Assembly (NCBI GenBank): GCA_907165135.1
Contig: OU015566.1
Span: 12,214,001-12,278,000, forward strand
Reading direction: 5' to 3'
Origin: Oikopleura dioica
Taxonomy: Eukaryota; Animalia; Chordata
DNA: 64,000 nucleotides
Under the pieces are notes generated by a model. The model saw only the letters and a list, made by a program, of their open reading frames with translations, was not told the origin of the DNA and did not search any database. Of the stretch, positions 23,687-37,402 are shown in pieces; positions within the stretch are counted from its first letter, which is position 1; each line of letters begins with the position of its first letter. The position numbers were made by a program, and so were the translations under genes.

Positions 23687-25799
23687 GATTGGGCTATAAA
23701 AGAACTTCTTTTGATGACCAGAAAAATGAAGTAAGGTTCGCTAAGAACCTTCTCATCGAACCGTACCGAGGTCTATTTTGGCGAACCGTTCGTCAACCAA
23801 AATTTTCTTGCTTCGCTTGACGAACATTGAAATGTTTTCGCCTTTGCTTCGCTTTCGCCTTGATTTTTTGGCAAATTTGAATGCCTGGGGTAGTAAAAAT
23901 TTTGGGGGGTACTGAATTGTGCCGCCCTGCGCCGCCCAGCGTCGCCCGGTCCGAAACCATCCGGCTCTCATTCGACCCAACTATGACCTAGGAAATTGTT
24001 CTGAACAAGAGCGAGAGTTTTGCCCCGCCAACCCAATGAGTTCTCTACCAGAAAATGCGCGCGTAAGGGCCTCTGCCTCGTCGCGCGCTCAATTAATTTG
24101 TGATTTTATGCCAAAATCTGAGTTTGGTTGAGAATTACTCTACTGGCACCCAAAATTATAGGATTGCCTTTTTTAATTTTCAGACAATATAAATATGTCA
24201 GAATAACTTACTTTATATAAAAATCAAAATTACCCGCTTTTGAAAGACAAAATTTTCGCTCGAGCGTCGCTCAAATGTCGCTCAAATGTCGCTCAGATTT
24301 CGCTCAAACCTCGCTCAAATCTCGCTCAAACGTCGCTCGCTCAGTCGCTCCGCTCGCTCAGCCGATATTTGAAAAATCTCGCTCAGCCACTCGCTCGCTC
24401 AGCCCTCGCTCAAATGTCGCTCGCTCATCGCTCGCTCAAATTCAAAATTTTTTGGCCAAATTTGGAACCCTGGTCCAACCTGTTCGAGCAAATAGGTCAC
24501 GTGTTAGTTTCCAAATTTGCACCGATCGGGCTCACAATGGTCTGAGAGCCTCTTCTGAAAATGCGGAAATGTCAAATCTCCCCATAAATCCCCCTACCCG
24601 CATATTTGCGCGCGCGTCGCATAAATCGATGCTCCACCAGCGCGAAAATTTGAATCCGTTGTCAAAGAGGAAACATCAAACAAGTTTGTAATTATCGGGT
24701 TTTTGTTACGTTCAGAACACATCGTAAATGTGCGCTGACGCGAGCTGAAATCTTGGATGGAGCGAAATTATGATTTTATGGGGGCTTTATGGCCTTTATA
24801 GGTGGTCTGATGGCACATTAAATACACATCATCCTGGATAAAAAAGTCGTTAGGTAAAATTTGGATTAAAAATTTCCATCCGGGTGGTCTGTTTTTATGG
24901 AATCAGAAAATGGTCTTTCTAAATGTCAAAATCAACCCCTTTTCGACTTTGATTATTTTCACAACAGGAAAATATCCACAGCGCGAAAAAATAATGGATA
25001 AATTACGGAATGGTGTGAGCCGCGGTTGAGCACTCTTGTGAATAAACAAACAAGTGCAAATCCTGGAATTTTCAGCACTCTCACCTCGCGAACACGTGTT
25101 CTCGCTCGATTCAGACGGAATTTTTTAATTCGCAATTACCGTAGCCGTAGCTGATCTAATTGATGAGCAGGGGAAAAATGGTGCTTTCTCGTTTTTAGCT
25201 TTTTTTGATACCGGTATTTTGTCAGCCTAAAAAGCACGGTTCAATTCAAAGGGATTGAAACCGGCTCGTTCACTTTGTCCCGCATTTTGCATAATTTGCC
25301 GCTTCCGCGAAGAATCAAAGCTAGGCATTTGTTGCCATCAGCCGGGCGGAAGGATGCGAAGTGAACAAATTCCATCCGGATTTGGGGAATTTCGATATTT
25401 ACTAGAAGTCACGTAGTACCCTTTCAAAGAAACAACTGGACACAAAAAACGGATCTTTTTTACTTTCAAAAAGAGCCGTTTATTATCTTAATTCATTGTT
25501 GGTTAAATATATATATTCTGACACATAATTTGAAAGTAGCTACCTGTGATTCCGAAAAGAAGGAGCAGAAAAGTTAAATGAACAGACAAAAAAGTGACTC
25601 CGGACCAAGTGACCTTTGCCTAGGTCCCTTGGCGCGGAGCTGCTTGGCGTGAGTAGGAAAACTTTAAGGTTCAGTAGGCTACTGGGGGTATCAGGACTTG
25701 GTTGGATAGATATGTCGCTTGAGGACGGAGAGAGAAGGTTATGATAGGATTATATGGGATTATAGGAGAGGGGATTATACGAGTAAATAGAGGAGGAGC

Positions 25800-28700
25800 T
25801 TAGACGAAGTACATCAAGCTGGAGAGTTCAGATCGGACAGTGATCATCTGGTCCAACTTGTGGAGATCGAGAGCTGGTGGGGGACCGCCACGGTAGCCGC
25901 CGTAGGAAGAGTCACTAGAAGATCTGGTAAGAATTGGAAGCTATTTTTAACGGCTTACCCGTCACCGTCAACGACAGATTGGAGATGGTATCGAGCACGG
26001 AAGGCGACGAGATGGGAGTAGTAGGTCGGCGCAGGAATGGAGACCGACCGAGTGCATCGTACGTAACTGAATTTTAAATGAATCGGACGAAAAGGGTGAA
26101 CGACTTACGTATGGCACAGCTGGTAGGTGAAGTTCTGGAGAACGTCCGACTTGTAATCGTTGTCGTCGTGCAACACATGGTAGTGTGTTGGCCGAGAAGT
26201 TCCCTAAAATCATAAGCTGAAGACAAGAAAGAGAAGGAATAGTTTTACCTGGATTCCCGCGTGCGAGCAGAGGTAGAAATCGTATTGGCTCGGGTGGCAG
26301 ATGTTGGTGTCGACCACGGTACCAGCGGGAATGTTGTTCGACTTACCGACCTGAAAGAAAGGGTTGAATTTTGACAAGTATTGTAAGTTCTCTTACCATA
26401 TCATTTCGGTCGTTGCAGAAAAGTCGCATATGGTGACGCTTCTGGACGCAGACGAAGGTGATGCCAGGAGTGTACCCACCATCCTTCTCGAGTTCGAGGC
26501 AAGCTTCTCGAATGGCTCGCATTTCGTGCGCAAGAACGAGCTTGAATTGACCCTCGCCGACGCCATCTCGGTACATGATGATCTTCTGAGGCTTCTTCTT
26601 GTTCTTGGAGTAGAATTTCTTGAGCAGTTTTTTGATCATATTCTTGGTGTCGGCAATGTACTCGAGTCGGCGCTCCTGCACCGAGACTGTGGCGATGAAC
26701 TGAAGTCAAAGGTGAGAACTATGGTTGAAAACTAAAATCACCTTGGATGGAACCGGGTCCATTGAGCCAACGATGGCAGCAATCGATGGTCGGCCAAATT
26801 CACCGGCGGCGGGATGGGTCACGTCAGCTCCTAGAGTCAGTTGAAAACAAGGAAGAAACTTTAAATAACTTACCGAGAACGATAACGGGCTCACTCATGA
26901 TGGGCGATCGAAGCTTAGATGGGATGGAGACATTTTGGCCGCCAACCTTGACGTTGATCTTGAGCAACAAGTTCAACATGGTGGATGCCTGCTTCATCGC
27001 CTTCTGCATCGTCTGCGCGCACAAGACCTGCGTCATAACTCCAATTTCTGTGTCGGCGATGCGCTTGACATCGGCATAGGTGAGGCTGTCCTTTCGTGGG
27101 ACAACGAAGAGAACGAGCTGAACATCTGGCCAGGAGTCAACGATCTCGTCCAAGCGATTGAAGATCTAAAAGAGAACATTTCTCGACTGAAAAACAGGTC
27201 TGAAACATACATCGTTAGTTCGGTACGCTTCGTAGGCCTTCTTAGGGTGGGCGATGTCGAAGCCGAGTTGGCGGGCGTGGTGCTGCATTTCACCAACAAA
27301 GTCCTTGATAGTGTTTCGGTTTCGGTCATCCAAGGAGATGATCGCCCAGGAGGAGAGGAATCCTGCCTTCTTGAATTGGTAGTTGCCTCGGGAAATGTCC
27401 CAGGCACCCTTCTGCGGTCGGACGTACATCTGAAACTAATTTAATCGCTGTTTTCTCGGGATGAGGCTCTACCTTGTCGCCGTATTCAAGTTGAGGAGCT
27501 TCGAGAACTCGTCCTCGGAGGTTGACCATATTGTGTTCCATGGAGATGCCGAAGGCTTTGGCAACAGGGTCCTCGTTGATGGCGGCCTTCTGGACCCAGT
27601 CTTCGATTTCTCTCTGGCGCTCGTTGGCGGGCTTCGCTGCTGATCGAATCAAGGTGGCGAGCTGTTGATCGCCAAGTTTCTTCTGGTACCGTTGTCGGGG
27701 CGCAATCTACATTGATCATTAAAACTATGTTCGATGAACCCACTTGATCTTACCTTGAGAACCTCGAGGGGCAATAGGGCGCCTTTGCCTCCGCATTTGG
27801 CGACGGGGAGTCCAGGGTATCGGAGACGCATATTGTACTTATCGTAGAAGTAGTTCTCAACACTGATGCGGCCGTTTTCGCCGTCGAAGTAGGTGTCTCG
27901 GGCTGTGGTTCGCGAAAGTCCCATAATCTAAAATCGGTAAATTATTTGAATCAATGATTTTTTACCTTGTATCGTCGGACAACGCCTTGTCGGTGCGTAG
28001 GCTCAATCTTGAGTCCCTTGCACGCTTTTTCGATTTTCATCAGCTCGTGTTTGGAGAAGTTGCCTCGCAGTTGGTTAGTGCGAAGTGTATCCTTGATAAA
28101 GTCGATCATGTTCTGCTCAGTGTAAAAGGCAGTGTTGGCAACGTCGAAGTTGAGGAGTGGCTTCCAAACTTGCGAGTGACGAATCGACTGATGGTAACCT
28201 GGCCAGAGCTCGAGGCCGCCGCCAAGGGCGAGTGGCTCGTACTTAGGATCAGGGAAGAAGGCAGCGCCGGAGACACCACGGACGGAAACGTACTTGTTCG
28301 AAGGCTGGTTGCGGAGGACGATGTTGAGCGCGTTGACAACATCGATGACGTCAGAGCTCATCTCGCCGAAGTCCCGCCCTTTGCCCTCGAGGAAATCGTT
28401 CAACGCGTTGACGTTGAGCTCGCCAACAAGGGTGAGGCAGACCTTGACCTGGTCGCCTTTAAAACTGCACTAGAATTTGGATTAAAAAGGAGGACAAAAT
28501 AGTTGATTGCTTACCTTGCCGACGAATCGCTTTTGGGGAGTGTCGAGCTTGGCAATGGTGTACATATTCTTTTCGCCGTCATAAGCAAAGCCGTATCGGC
28601 CTGCTGTCTTGAAGATGATCTTGTTGGCCTTGCAGAAGTCCAAGAAGAAACTTCGCTTCTCGTCCTTCTTGATTCGGTCAGAAGCGATTTCCACATCGTA

Positions 28701-29588
28701 GTGGTAGATGAAGGGGGTCTTGGGTCTCACAACGAGTGGAAAGACGTTAGCTGAAGAGAAGGAACGGTTGAGTTCTAGAATTGAAGAGGATAATGTTTAC
28801 CTTTGAGCGAAATGGCCCGGCCGAGGGTTCCTCCGTCATCGGGTCGGAGAGGGAGCTCGATCTCGTCCTTGACTCGCTTTTTCATCGAAGGAGTGTACTT
28901 GTCAACTGAATTTTAAGGGTTTACCGGAGGTTAGCGCTGATAAGATCTTCAACTGGGACAGTTGAAAACATCAAAAATGAGCTGTCGTCGGTGGCTATCT
29001 TACCGTTCATGGGCTTGGAGAAGTCGGTGAAGTTGAGGGCATCAGTCTCGTCAGAATCGTAAATGCCAGCCTTTCGTGGAGAAGGGGTCGAAATGATCGA
29101 CAAGGAAGGCGAGTGGCGAGGCGAATCCAACGGAGAGCTGGTCTCGGAGCTCGATCCAGATCCGGAGCTGGTCTCGTCGGAGACCAACTTGCCGAGATGG
29201 CCGCCGAGCTCGGCAGCGTGTCCTAAAGGATGGTAAATTAGCGTGGGAAGGTGGAGAGGCAAGGAAATGAGGGTTTATTAGATGATAATGCATTTAATGA
29301 TTAGTGGATTACGCCATTTACGCTTATCTCTTTCTTTTCCGATCTAGGTGGGCTAAGAATAGAGAAAAAACGGATTTTAGGGGGTTAACACCGATTTCTA
29401 TTGAACTAAGCACCCTTAAAGTCATACAAACACTCTTACACATAAAACAGCAAGTTATTACCGTTTTAGAATCATTTTGAACCGCTAAAAGATGATTTAA
29501 ACGTTTTTGATTGGCTAAAAATGAAAAAAGGCTTACCGGCGATTTGCTCGTCGAAGCTGGCAGTACTGTGATGTCGACTAACGTCCAT
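25800..29588 (-). CDS. Argonaute protein, AGO clade, intact DEDH slicer tetrad
   Basis: N domain IYHYDVEI; [15 protein letters not shown]; [23 protein letters not shown]; [19 protein letters not shown]; [50 protein letters not shown]; C-terminal MYFV*. ATG at 29588. Confidence 0.97.
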
Positions 29589-31148
29589 TGTGCTGATTTT
29601 GATTTGGTTGAGAGTTTTCCGTGCCCGGCTAAAATCTTTGACGCGTTAAAAAAAGCTCTTTTTCATAAAAATCGCAGAAATTTCAGAATGAGGGATGAAG
29701 AGTGGCGGGGCCGACAAACATGGGATAGTTCTAGAAATGACTTGAAAACATGGAAGAGAGCATCACGCGCCCCGCCTACGTGATTTTTCGGGAAAGAACA
29801 GAAATTGAAATAGGTTTGAATGAGTGGGTCGAAATTTGTACTGTAAGGTACTGTACGTAAGAGAGTATTCTAGAAAATGTCAGGAATTTCCAAATATTAA
29901 GATAAAAGAAGAAAACTTTAAAATTTTTCGAAAGTAAGAAAAAAGAGCTCAATAAACCTTCCGTATTCGAGTCAAAATGAAAAATTCAAGTCAAAAATAA
30001 GCAACTGTGGATCGAAAACAATTGGACAGCTTTCGAGTCAAAATTCTTGTCCGTTGATAGTGTATCGTAGTGGTAGTTAAAAGAAGGTCTGAGAATAAGG
30101 GAGGCAAAAGTCAAAAGGGGCTAAGGGTGTTAGGTAAAGTCTCTGGGTCTCTAGGTGAAAATCAGAAAAAAATGAAAATGTGTGCGTCGCTGGTGCAGGT
30201 TTGTGGCGAATGAAGGCAAAAACAGAAATTTTTCTCTGGATCTGATTGGCACCGGCGTCTGAGAGGCCACGCGAGGCGCTCGAAAAAATCGGAAAACAAC
30301 ACTTCCGAAAATGAAAGCATTTGAACTCGAGTTTTCGTGGATTTTGCTTTTCTGATTCCATCTAACGGACGAATAAATGGCGAAAATAAAATGACAACGA
30401 TGTGCTCTCTTATCAAGAATGCGCGGCGCGACACACGTGATCTGAGTCATTTCTGATAAAAACGGAGAAGATTTCAATTTTCGACGCTAATGAATCATCT
30501 CTTGAAAAACTAATCATCACAAAATGCTAGAAATTGTTCAATAAAACGTCTTTTTTTACGGCTAGAAATGTTCCTCCTTCATTGATAAAGTGATTAATTC
30601 ACTTTTCCTAACCCTTATCATTTTGAACACTCTCTTACATTACCGAAACGAGGACAGTTAGCGGGGGTCTCTTCGGCGAATTTTTGAAAAATGAGGATAG
30701 GTGCGCCGGTTTTGTGAAATAATCGCGAAATCTAGAAATCGTTGTCTTTCTCGAAAATTATGAAAAACGTCTCTCAACTGGTTTTTCTTGCGCATTCACA
30801 ATCAAGCAGTGAATGAAGTCTTTAGACTGATAAACTCTATCAGCCTTAACTATCAAATAAAATTGATCAAAATCGAGAATGATGATGTAAAAAACATCTT
30901 TCTTCCTTGATTTCAGCTTTCTTCGGGCTTTTCAGCGGTGTTTTTTTGGATTTTCTTCTAATGAGATGGACGCTTGTGATAGTATATGTCCTGTGTGCCC
31001 AAAGATAATACTGTTTGGTAGGGCGAGTGCGATTCTCGGATCGGCGATCGATTTGCTGCAGAATAGGCGGCGCCGCGGCGCCACCAACGAGGAGAATCAT
31101 CCCTTTTCTGTTCACTCCTTTGCGAACATCTCCCACAAGAGAAATGGA

Positions 31149-34100
31149 ATGAGACTGAAGAGAGTCTTTGCAACATTTGGTGAGTTACATAACTCGTTTA
31201 TCAAGTTCTGAGGATCAGACTCTGAGCAAATTTTTCTTGAAAGCAATAAGCACACTTTGAATACTATAATTGTTATTTTATTATATTCAATAAAGATTTT
31301 TTGCTTCAATCAAAGGCGATTATCTAAGAAAAAAATTATTGAAATCTTTAGTGAATGGAAAAATCCGTACAACTAATCGTAAAATTCCATTTCAATATAC
31401 TGAAAACAATCAGATACCATGCCATCGACAATTGAATAATTGAAACCAGTGTCACATTAATATCAACGACAGCAGTTAATATTAAGTTTCAGCTACTTTC
31501 AGCGCCGCGGAGGCGCGCGGCTGTCGGATTTTGGATAACTGTGCAGCAACAGAAGTTTGTATATGGACTCAAGCAAATCCTGCTGGTGCTTGTCTCCCTC
31601 TTTCAAAGTAAAACAAATCAGCCCTAAACATTAACTATCGAAAATTCAGTCGTAAACGAGACCAGGAACTCTATCAACCTGGCTACCCAAATATTCATGA
31701 TGCAGAAAGCGAATATCAACGGCAATTGGAAAGAAGACGCAAAGAATTGCTCAAGAAACAGGTACATAAAAAATTTTCTTTTTGAACCTGACATGTGGAT
31801 GATTTTTAAATTAATGATATGCCTGCGCGTAATTTATATTCTGTCGGTAATGACGTCAAAAAAATCAAGGCTTTCATTAGCTTCTTATTCTTCCTTTTTG
31901 TGCCAGTGACAGGGTATTATCCTGCATAATATATGCGTGGGATAAATATACTAATAACACTTTAATACTGTATTCAGCTAGAAAAGCGGGAGCTTGCACG
32001 ACTTGTCCAAGAATACAGACGATCCCCGCCAGATTACGAGGATCAATCGACTTCCAATGGTGGCGGCCTCTTTTGGGACTCATCGGAGCCAAGTATGTTC
32101 AAGACAGACTAATTTAAATGAGAAAAATAAGTGTCCAAATTATTTTGCTCTAAAATATTCATAAAGTTCGTTTCTCTCGAGACTTTAATAAGATACAGTG
32201 GTGAATCCTCGATTGGGAAGGTCACTTTGACTTGCCGCTTCCCAATCGAGGATTCGGTCCGCACCGCACTTCTCTAGAGATTGGCTTGCTATATGCGCTG
32301 CCGCTTCCCAATCGAGGATTCAGCGCGTCCTTCCCAATCGAGGATTCACCACTGTACTTTAGAATCCGATTTCAAATCCTTTCAAAGCGAATCATATCAA
32401 GTCAACGGCGGGCCAGAGCATATAAAAGTAAGTCCTGTTTCCATCAGATCTGCTAATTGACGCTGTAAATGTGTCAAAGGTATCGATTTATTTTTGATCA
32501 TGTCCAGTGTCAATCGGGCGGGACACTGTCGTCTTCTATCTTGCATCGTCTTTAATTTTCCTTGATTAATCATACACCTAGGTGAGCACCGATGACAATG
32601 GCAAAATAAATAATTATGAGACGAACATTAACCCTGATGGTACTGTCGAACGCGTTACGGAGCCAGAAGAAGTTCTTGAACCAATGCCCATGCCAGGAAT
32701 GGTTCATCTTTAGTTACAGTCGTTCCGTAATAGATGCATTTTAAACCACAACAAGCAAAACGCGTGGCGGATCCAGAACTCCAGAAGGACATTGACCGAC
32801 TCGATTTGTTTGCAATCAAGGAAGAGAAACGCGCAATGATCCTCACCTTCGGCGCTGGTGGACTCCTCTGCGCCGTTCTCGTCATTTCCGGATTGACTCT
32901 TTTCGCAACCCGACGCAAGAAACAACCTCCAATGGACTTCCCAGCAGGAGATTACGAACAGCTTTGTCGACAACATTTTGCAGCGAAGGAGTCCCAGGAG
33001 ATTTCGCCATCAGATTGGTCTGATAGCAAAGATGGATTTCGTGAGTTTGAACCGTTCTCATCAAGAACTAACGGTTCATTTACAGTGCCGAACGACGAAC
33101 TTACGGTAGAACAAGCTCGGTCCCTCTTAGCCGCCTCAACAGACGATAATGCAATCCGAAGCGCCTGGCGTGACGCTAATTCTTCGCCTAGGTACGTTAC
33201 CCAGAATTTCTTGCATAGGCCACTTTCTCCTTTGTATCATGAATTATTACTGGATAAAACACTTTGTTCAGCGATGAGTCGACTAATGGAGGCGGAGAGC
33301 ATCCTGGCAAAGATCGGGATCCTGGATACCTGCCATACGAAAGCAACAGATTCAAGTTCAAGCAGAGGTAAAATCGATTCAGTCAAAGCCATTTTTATCC
33401 GTATTCCCAGTGATTTGTACTACAACGCGTCGAATGTGAAACTTGCTGACGACAGTTGGCTCCTGTCGCAATCTCCGTTGCCAGGCCAACTGTCGGAATT
33501 CTGGACAATGATTTGGGAGAGCGAGCGAACAGGTAAAGCCCCCATCTGCAGAATAAGACCGCTCATCCCTTAAGGGACCTTGTCGAGCAAACTTTTGCGC
33601 AACTTCACGAGCGCTTCATTCAGTTTCGACTTGAGATATTTTGAAAATTCTTTTTGATGACATAATCTACGGACACTCCTCTTTCCTATCCAGTTTTCAG
33701 CTTTTCTTTATCATCTGTAATTCAGTCGCTATGGCCGAAAAGAGAAGTTCAACTTCAAAGGGATTCAGCACTTTCATTTTTCAAGATATTAAATTATAAT
33801 TACATTCACCGGAAAGCCCAGACAATTCTCTACAAAACTTCGCTTATGGGGTTATGATAACAATAACCTGTCGAGATCAAGGCAATCTTTTCCGGACTGG
33901 ATCGGTTCCACAGCGGGCGTTCGCGCTGCGCGAGGCATTATTTTGGCTTGTTTGCACATGATTCCCGCAAAGCGCGCGCTAATAGCTCCGGATTACTGAT
34001 TCTTACCGCTCATTCAATGATTCTCATTAAACCCCATGAGCGAATTTTTGTAGAGAATTGTCTGGGCTTTCCCGTGAATGTAATTATAATTTAATATCTT

Positions 34101-34933
34101 GAAAAATGAGAGTGCTGAATCCCTTTGAAGTTGACCTTCTCTTTTTGGCCATAGCGACTGAATTACAAATGATAAAGAAAAGCTGAAAACTGGATAAGAA
34201 TAAGGAGTGCCCGTAGATTATGTCACTAAGAAGAATTTTCAAAATATCTCTAGTAAAAAATGAATGAAGCGCTCGTGAAGTTGCGCAAAAATTTGCTCGA
34301 CAAGGTCCCTTAATATTCAGCACTGATCCTACTTTCACCACTGCAAGAGGATGGCATGCCGCAATCTGCCAGATTCTGGCCTAATGAGGGGGCTGAGTTG
34401 CATGGCGGTATTGAGGTCAATTTGGTGACGGAGCATGTTTGGTGTCGAGAGTTCCTTGTCCGATCTCTTTATCTCAGACAGGTAAGTGAAAGATCTTCGC
34501 CAAAAATGAAGGTTTCTTCATCTCAGATCGAAACTGGCGAAACTCGAACTGTGACTCTTCTCCACTACCTCGGCTGGCCTCTCAATTCCACTCCACCATC
34601 CGCGAAGCGTTTGCTTGAATTCCGTCGCAAGGCGCGTCGCGCAGGATCGCCTGTCGTCATCTGTCCCGACGGAGCTTCTCGATCTGGTGCTTACTGTCTC
34701 ATCGACTCAATCATTTCGGCATATTCCAAGGGAAAAGAACCCAAGCCAGCTGAGCTTCTTTCCGCGCTCAGAGATCAACGCATGAAGGAACGGATTTTGA
34801 CGCGTTTAACCTTTTGAACCCGTCGATAAAGTTCAGCTCCGAATCCGCCAAAAAGTCGATACGCACCGAATCTCAGCTCAACTTCGTCATCGAGGCCATG
34901 GGAGAAGCCGCCGAGTCCGCCCTACAGAATTAA
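31149..34933 (+). CDS. PTPRN: Receptor-type PTP N (IA-2/phogrin, PTPRN/PTPRN2-like) pseudophosphatase; 5' end uncertain (possibly 30691)
   Basis: Signal peptide plus Cys motif GCRILDNCAATEVC..GAC; TM; DYEQLCRQHF; YYNASN; FWTMIWES; EVNLVTEHVWCREFLVRSLYL; ETRTVT; WPLN (no WPD); P-loop CPDGASRSG with the IA-2-type Asp; RDQR. Confidence 0.93.
32196..32354. mobile_element. Tc1/mariner MITE in a PTPRN intron
   Basis: 26-bp TIR CAGTGGTGAATCCTCGATTGGGAAGG, TA TSD, extra internal copies of CTTCCCAATCGAGGATTC. Confidence 0.9.
33574..34309. mobile_element. TTAA-flanked long-TIR foldback MITE (Kolobok-like) in a PTPRN intron
   Basis: TTAA at 33570-33573 and 34310-34313. Inverted arms of about 285 bp starting GGGACCTTGTCGAGCAAA. 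Confidence 0.9.
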
Positions 34934-35194
34934 TTATAAAAATGACTGCTGGCTAGTCAGAAAAACGCTTTTCACGAAATTACAGCGCTTCTAGCGAACG
35001 CCGTTTCGCGTCATTTTTTGTAGATAAACCCATTCTTTTCATTTTTATACTCAGTTTTTAAATCTTGCTTTTGCGCGACCATTCATTTCGATGCGACCAT
35101 TCTTTCTTCAAAAATTTTTCAATCCACTTCGACTTGTTTCTCATCGAAAGAAAACAGGTTGAAGGGATGCATATTTTTTAAAGAGCCTCTCCCG

Positions 35195-35618
35195 CAGGGT
35201 CCGATAATTTGAGCTCACGCTAAAACTCCACGAAACAAAGCTTGAGAACTCAGTTTTTAAATTGGAGTTTTGAGAAACTCAGAGATGAGAGCTCGCGTGA
35301 GAAATCAAATTTTGTGGTGGCGCTCGCGATCCACGAGCCAGTCAAGGCGGGGTGGACGATTTTTGTAAGTGCGCAGCCTTACGCAACACGCCTACGATAT
35401 GCTGTGGCTGCGCCGACTCGCCGCCAGGCCAACCGGCGGGCCAATCCGCGCGCTCGCTCAAACGGAGTTTTTGAAAACTCATGAGATTTCCCTGCTCTCA
35501 AGCAAAATCTCAGAAAATCTCCAAATGATTTCTCAAGTCGAACTGAGTTCTCAATTTGAGAAAATCGAGAACTCAGCCAAAAATGAGTTTTATCGTGAGC
35601 TCAAATTATCGGACCCTG
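35195..35618. mobile_element. hAT-type MITE
   Basis: TIR CAGGGTCCGATAATTTGAGCTCACG, perfect 8-bp TSD CTCTCCCG. Confidence 0.92.
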
Positions 35619-37402
35619 CTCTCCCGTCTGGTTTTTCTTCAATCCTGGTTTACCTATTTTCAATTTATTCACATTTCAGAAGAGCATTTCCCACTTCACA
35701 AAGCACTATCGACTACCTATTAATTTATTTCAGAGCTACCGTCCTTCTCAACGAGACTTCTGCAATAAGTACTGTTGAGAGGCGGACACGTGACCTCCTC
35801 CTACTCTTGCCATTTAGCACTTCACATAAAGACTGTATAGTTAAATTATTCATTTTACCGTGTTTTCTCCAGCCAAAAGCCAATCTCCGAAGACGATCGA
35901 ACATACATAACTGATCATATACTGTATATCATATACAGTATATAATATACAGTATATGCATATAGGAGCTATCTTTTGGGGGATTAGCTTTTGACGGGTT
36001 TTAATTTCTCTTTAGTGGAAACTGTGCAATAAGTCCCTCAAAAATCTGGCGATAGATACAACTGAAAGCGCATTTTTTTCAGAACTTATCTATTAGCATG
36101 CGTAGCGCGAATCCGAAAACATAAAAAATACAAAAATCGAAACCTATAAATTCTTCAAATTAAACCTGTTCTGCGAAAAAGTTCATCTGGCGTCATCGAG
36201 ACTAATTTTTAATAAATTCCATTTCCATGAAATTTCGCGGTCTCAAAATAATTTTAATTTATTGAAGAAATAATTAGCTAGATATCAAATACGAAGGTAT
36301 CTTTTTATTGGATTCTGAAGTGCTTTCTCAGACGTCAGTCGTCTCCATCTCAAGATTTTTCATCAGACTCTTTGGTGAATAAGCTGTTCAATAACACAAT
36401 TAAACCATTTGGGTAACAACTGATTCAAGAGCCGTGTCTCGAGGTAAAAATTTCCGAATCCACCTTTGGTCTTTTTAGCATTTTCAACATTCAGCGAGTA
36501 GCAAGCTTTAAGATGGGCTTTTCATGCGTTATTACTGAATCCTGTAATTAGAAAAAACCCCTTCCTGAGCAAATAATCGACTGAGCATCTGTTTGAGTTA
36601 CTGCATCTCTTCTCCGGCCACCTGTAGATCCTCAAATAATAGTCAAAATTTTACTTTTATCGAGCAGCGAGCTCTTACCTCTGCTTGCTGTTCTTGCTTT
36701 CGATTTTGCATTTAAATTTTGCAGACGTTCCAGAAGGGTTGTATTTAGTTCCAAATATGAGGGTTCAAGCGTGATTGAAAGAAAGAAAAGTGCTCATGAA
36801 AAAAATAGCATAAAAAATTAGTGAAAAAATATAAAGAAAATCGGAATTGGGGCAAGTCGTCTTTTGCGTAAAAGCATGAATTGCGCCATAAAGGAAAGAA
36901 GCTTTGCCGGAAATCTCGATTTTTTCAAAATTTCGTGCTTGGTGAAGTCTGATTTGTTTTTTTTAAATCGACTCAATTTGAACCCTATTTGGCGAAATCT
37001 TCATGTTCAACTCTAACCAAGAAATTTCCATTTCACTCCAAAACTCTTTCGCATTACCTTTTATATCGCCTTTGAGCTTTTCAGTGTCCTTCTCAACCAT
37101 TCTTTCAAAGGGAAACAAAAATTCTCACTCTTGTTCAAATCTTAGGCACGATTTATTTCAATTGTATTGAAATTGAATATTTGTCGAGGATATTTAAATA
37201 GGAGAATTAAATTTCTTCAGATGCAGTTCCGGCAGTAGAATAAATTGAAACTGTTTGCTCTAAGGATTTTTAAAGGAATGGTACATGTTTGGATAAAGAC
37301 ATGTTTGACAGATCACATGATCCTGTACCAGAAGATTCTCCCAAGATATGGACAAATACATACGTTTTTAAAAGATCTGTTTATTACGAAAAAATTGTTT
37401 CT

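Larger units (their letters stand above)
21531..24472. mobile_element. Non-autonomous hAT element (about 2.9 kb) containing nested MITEs
   Basis: TIR CAGGGTTCCAA, perfect 8-bp TSD GTCCAACC (21523-21530 and 24473-24480), mirrored subterminal GAGCG/CGCTC arrays. No transposase ORF. Confidence 0.92.

Noticed and set aside
24240-24691. ORFs over the GAGCG/CGCTC arrays and other MITE ORFs (e.g. 22428-22820, 35369-35914)
   Set aside because: Low-complexity translations of non-coding transposon repeats with no transposase motifs.
26935-28754. Long + strand ORFs
   Set aside because: Antisense shadows of codon-biased Argonaute exons.
36190-37130. Possible small minus-strand gene downstream of SEC62 (..RTASRGGRRRDAVTQTD..)
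   Set aside because: Splice signals are present, but several incompatible frames exist and no product can be supported.
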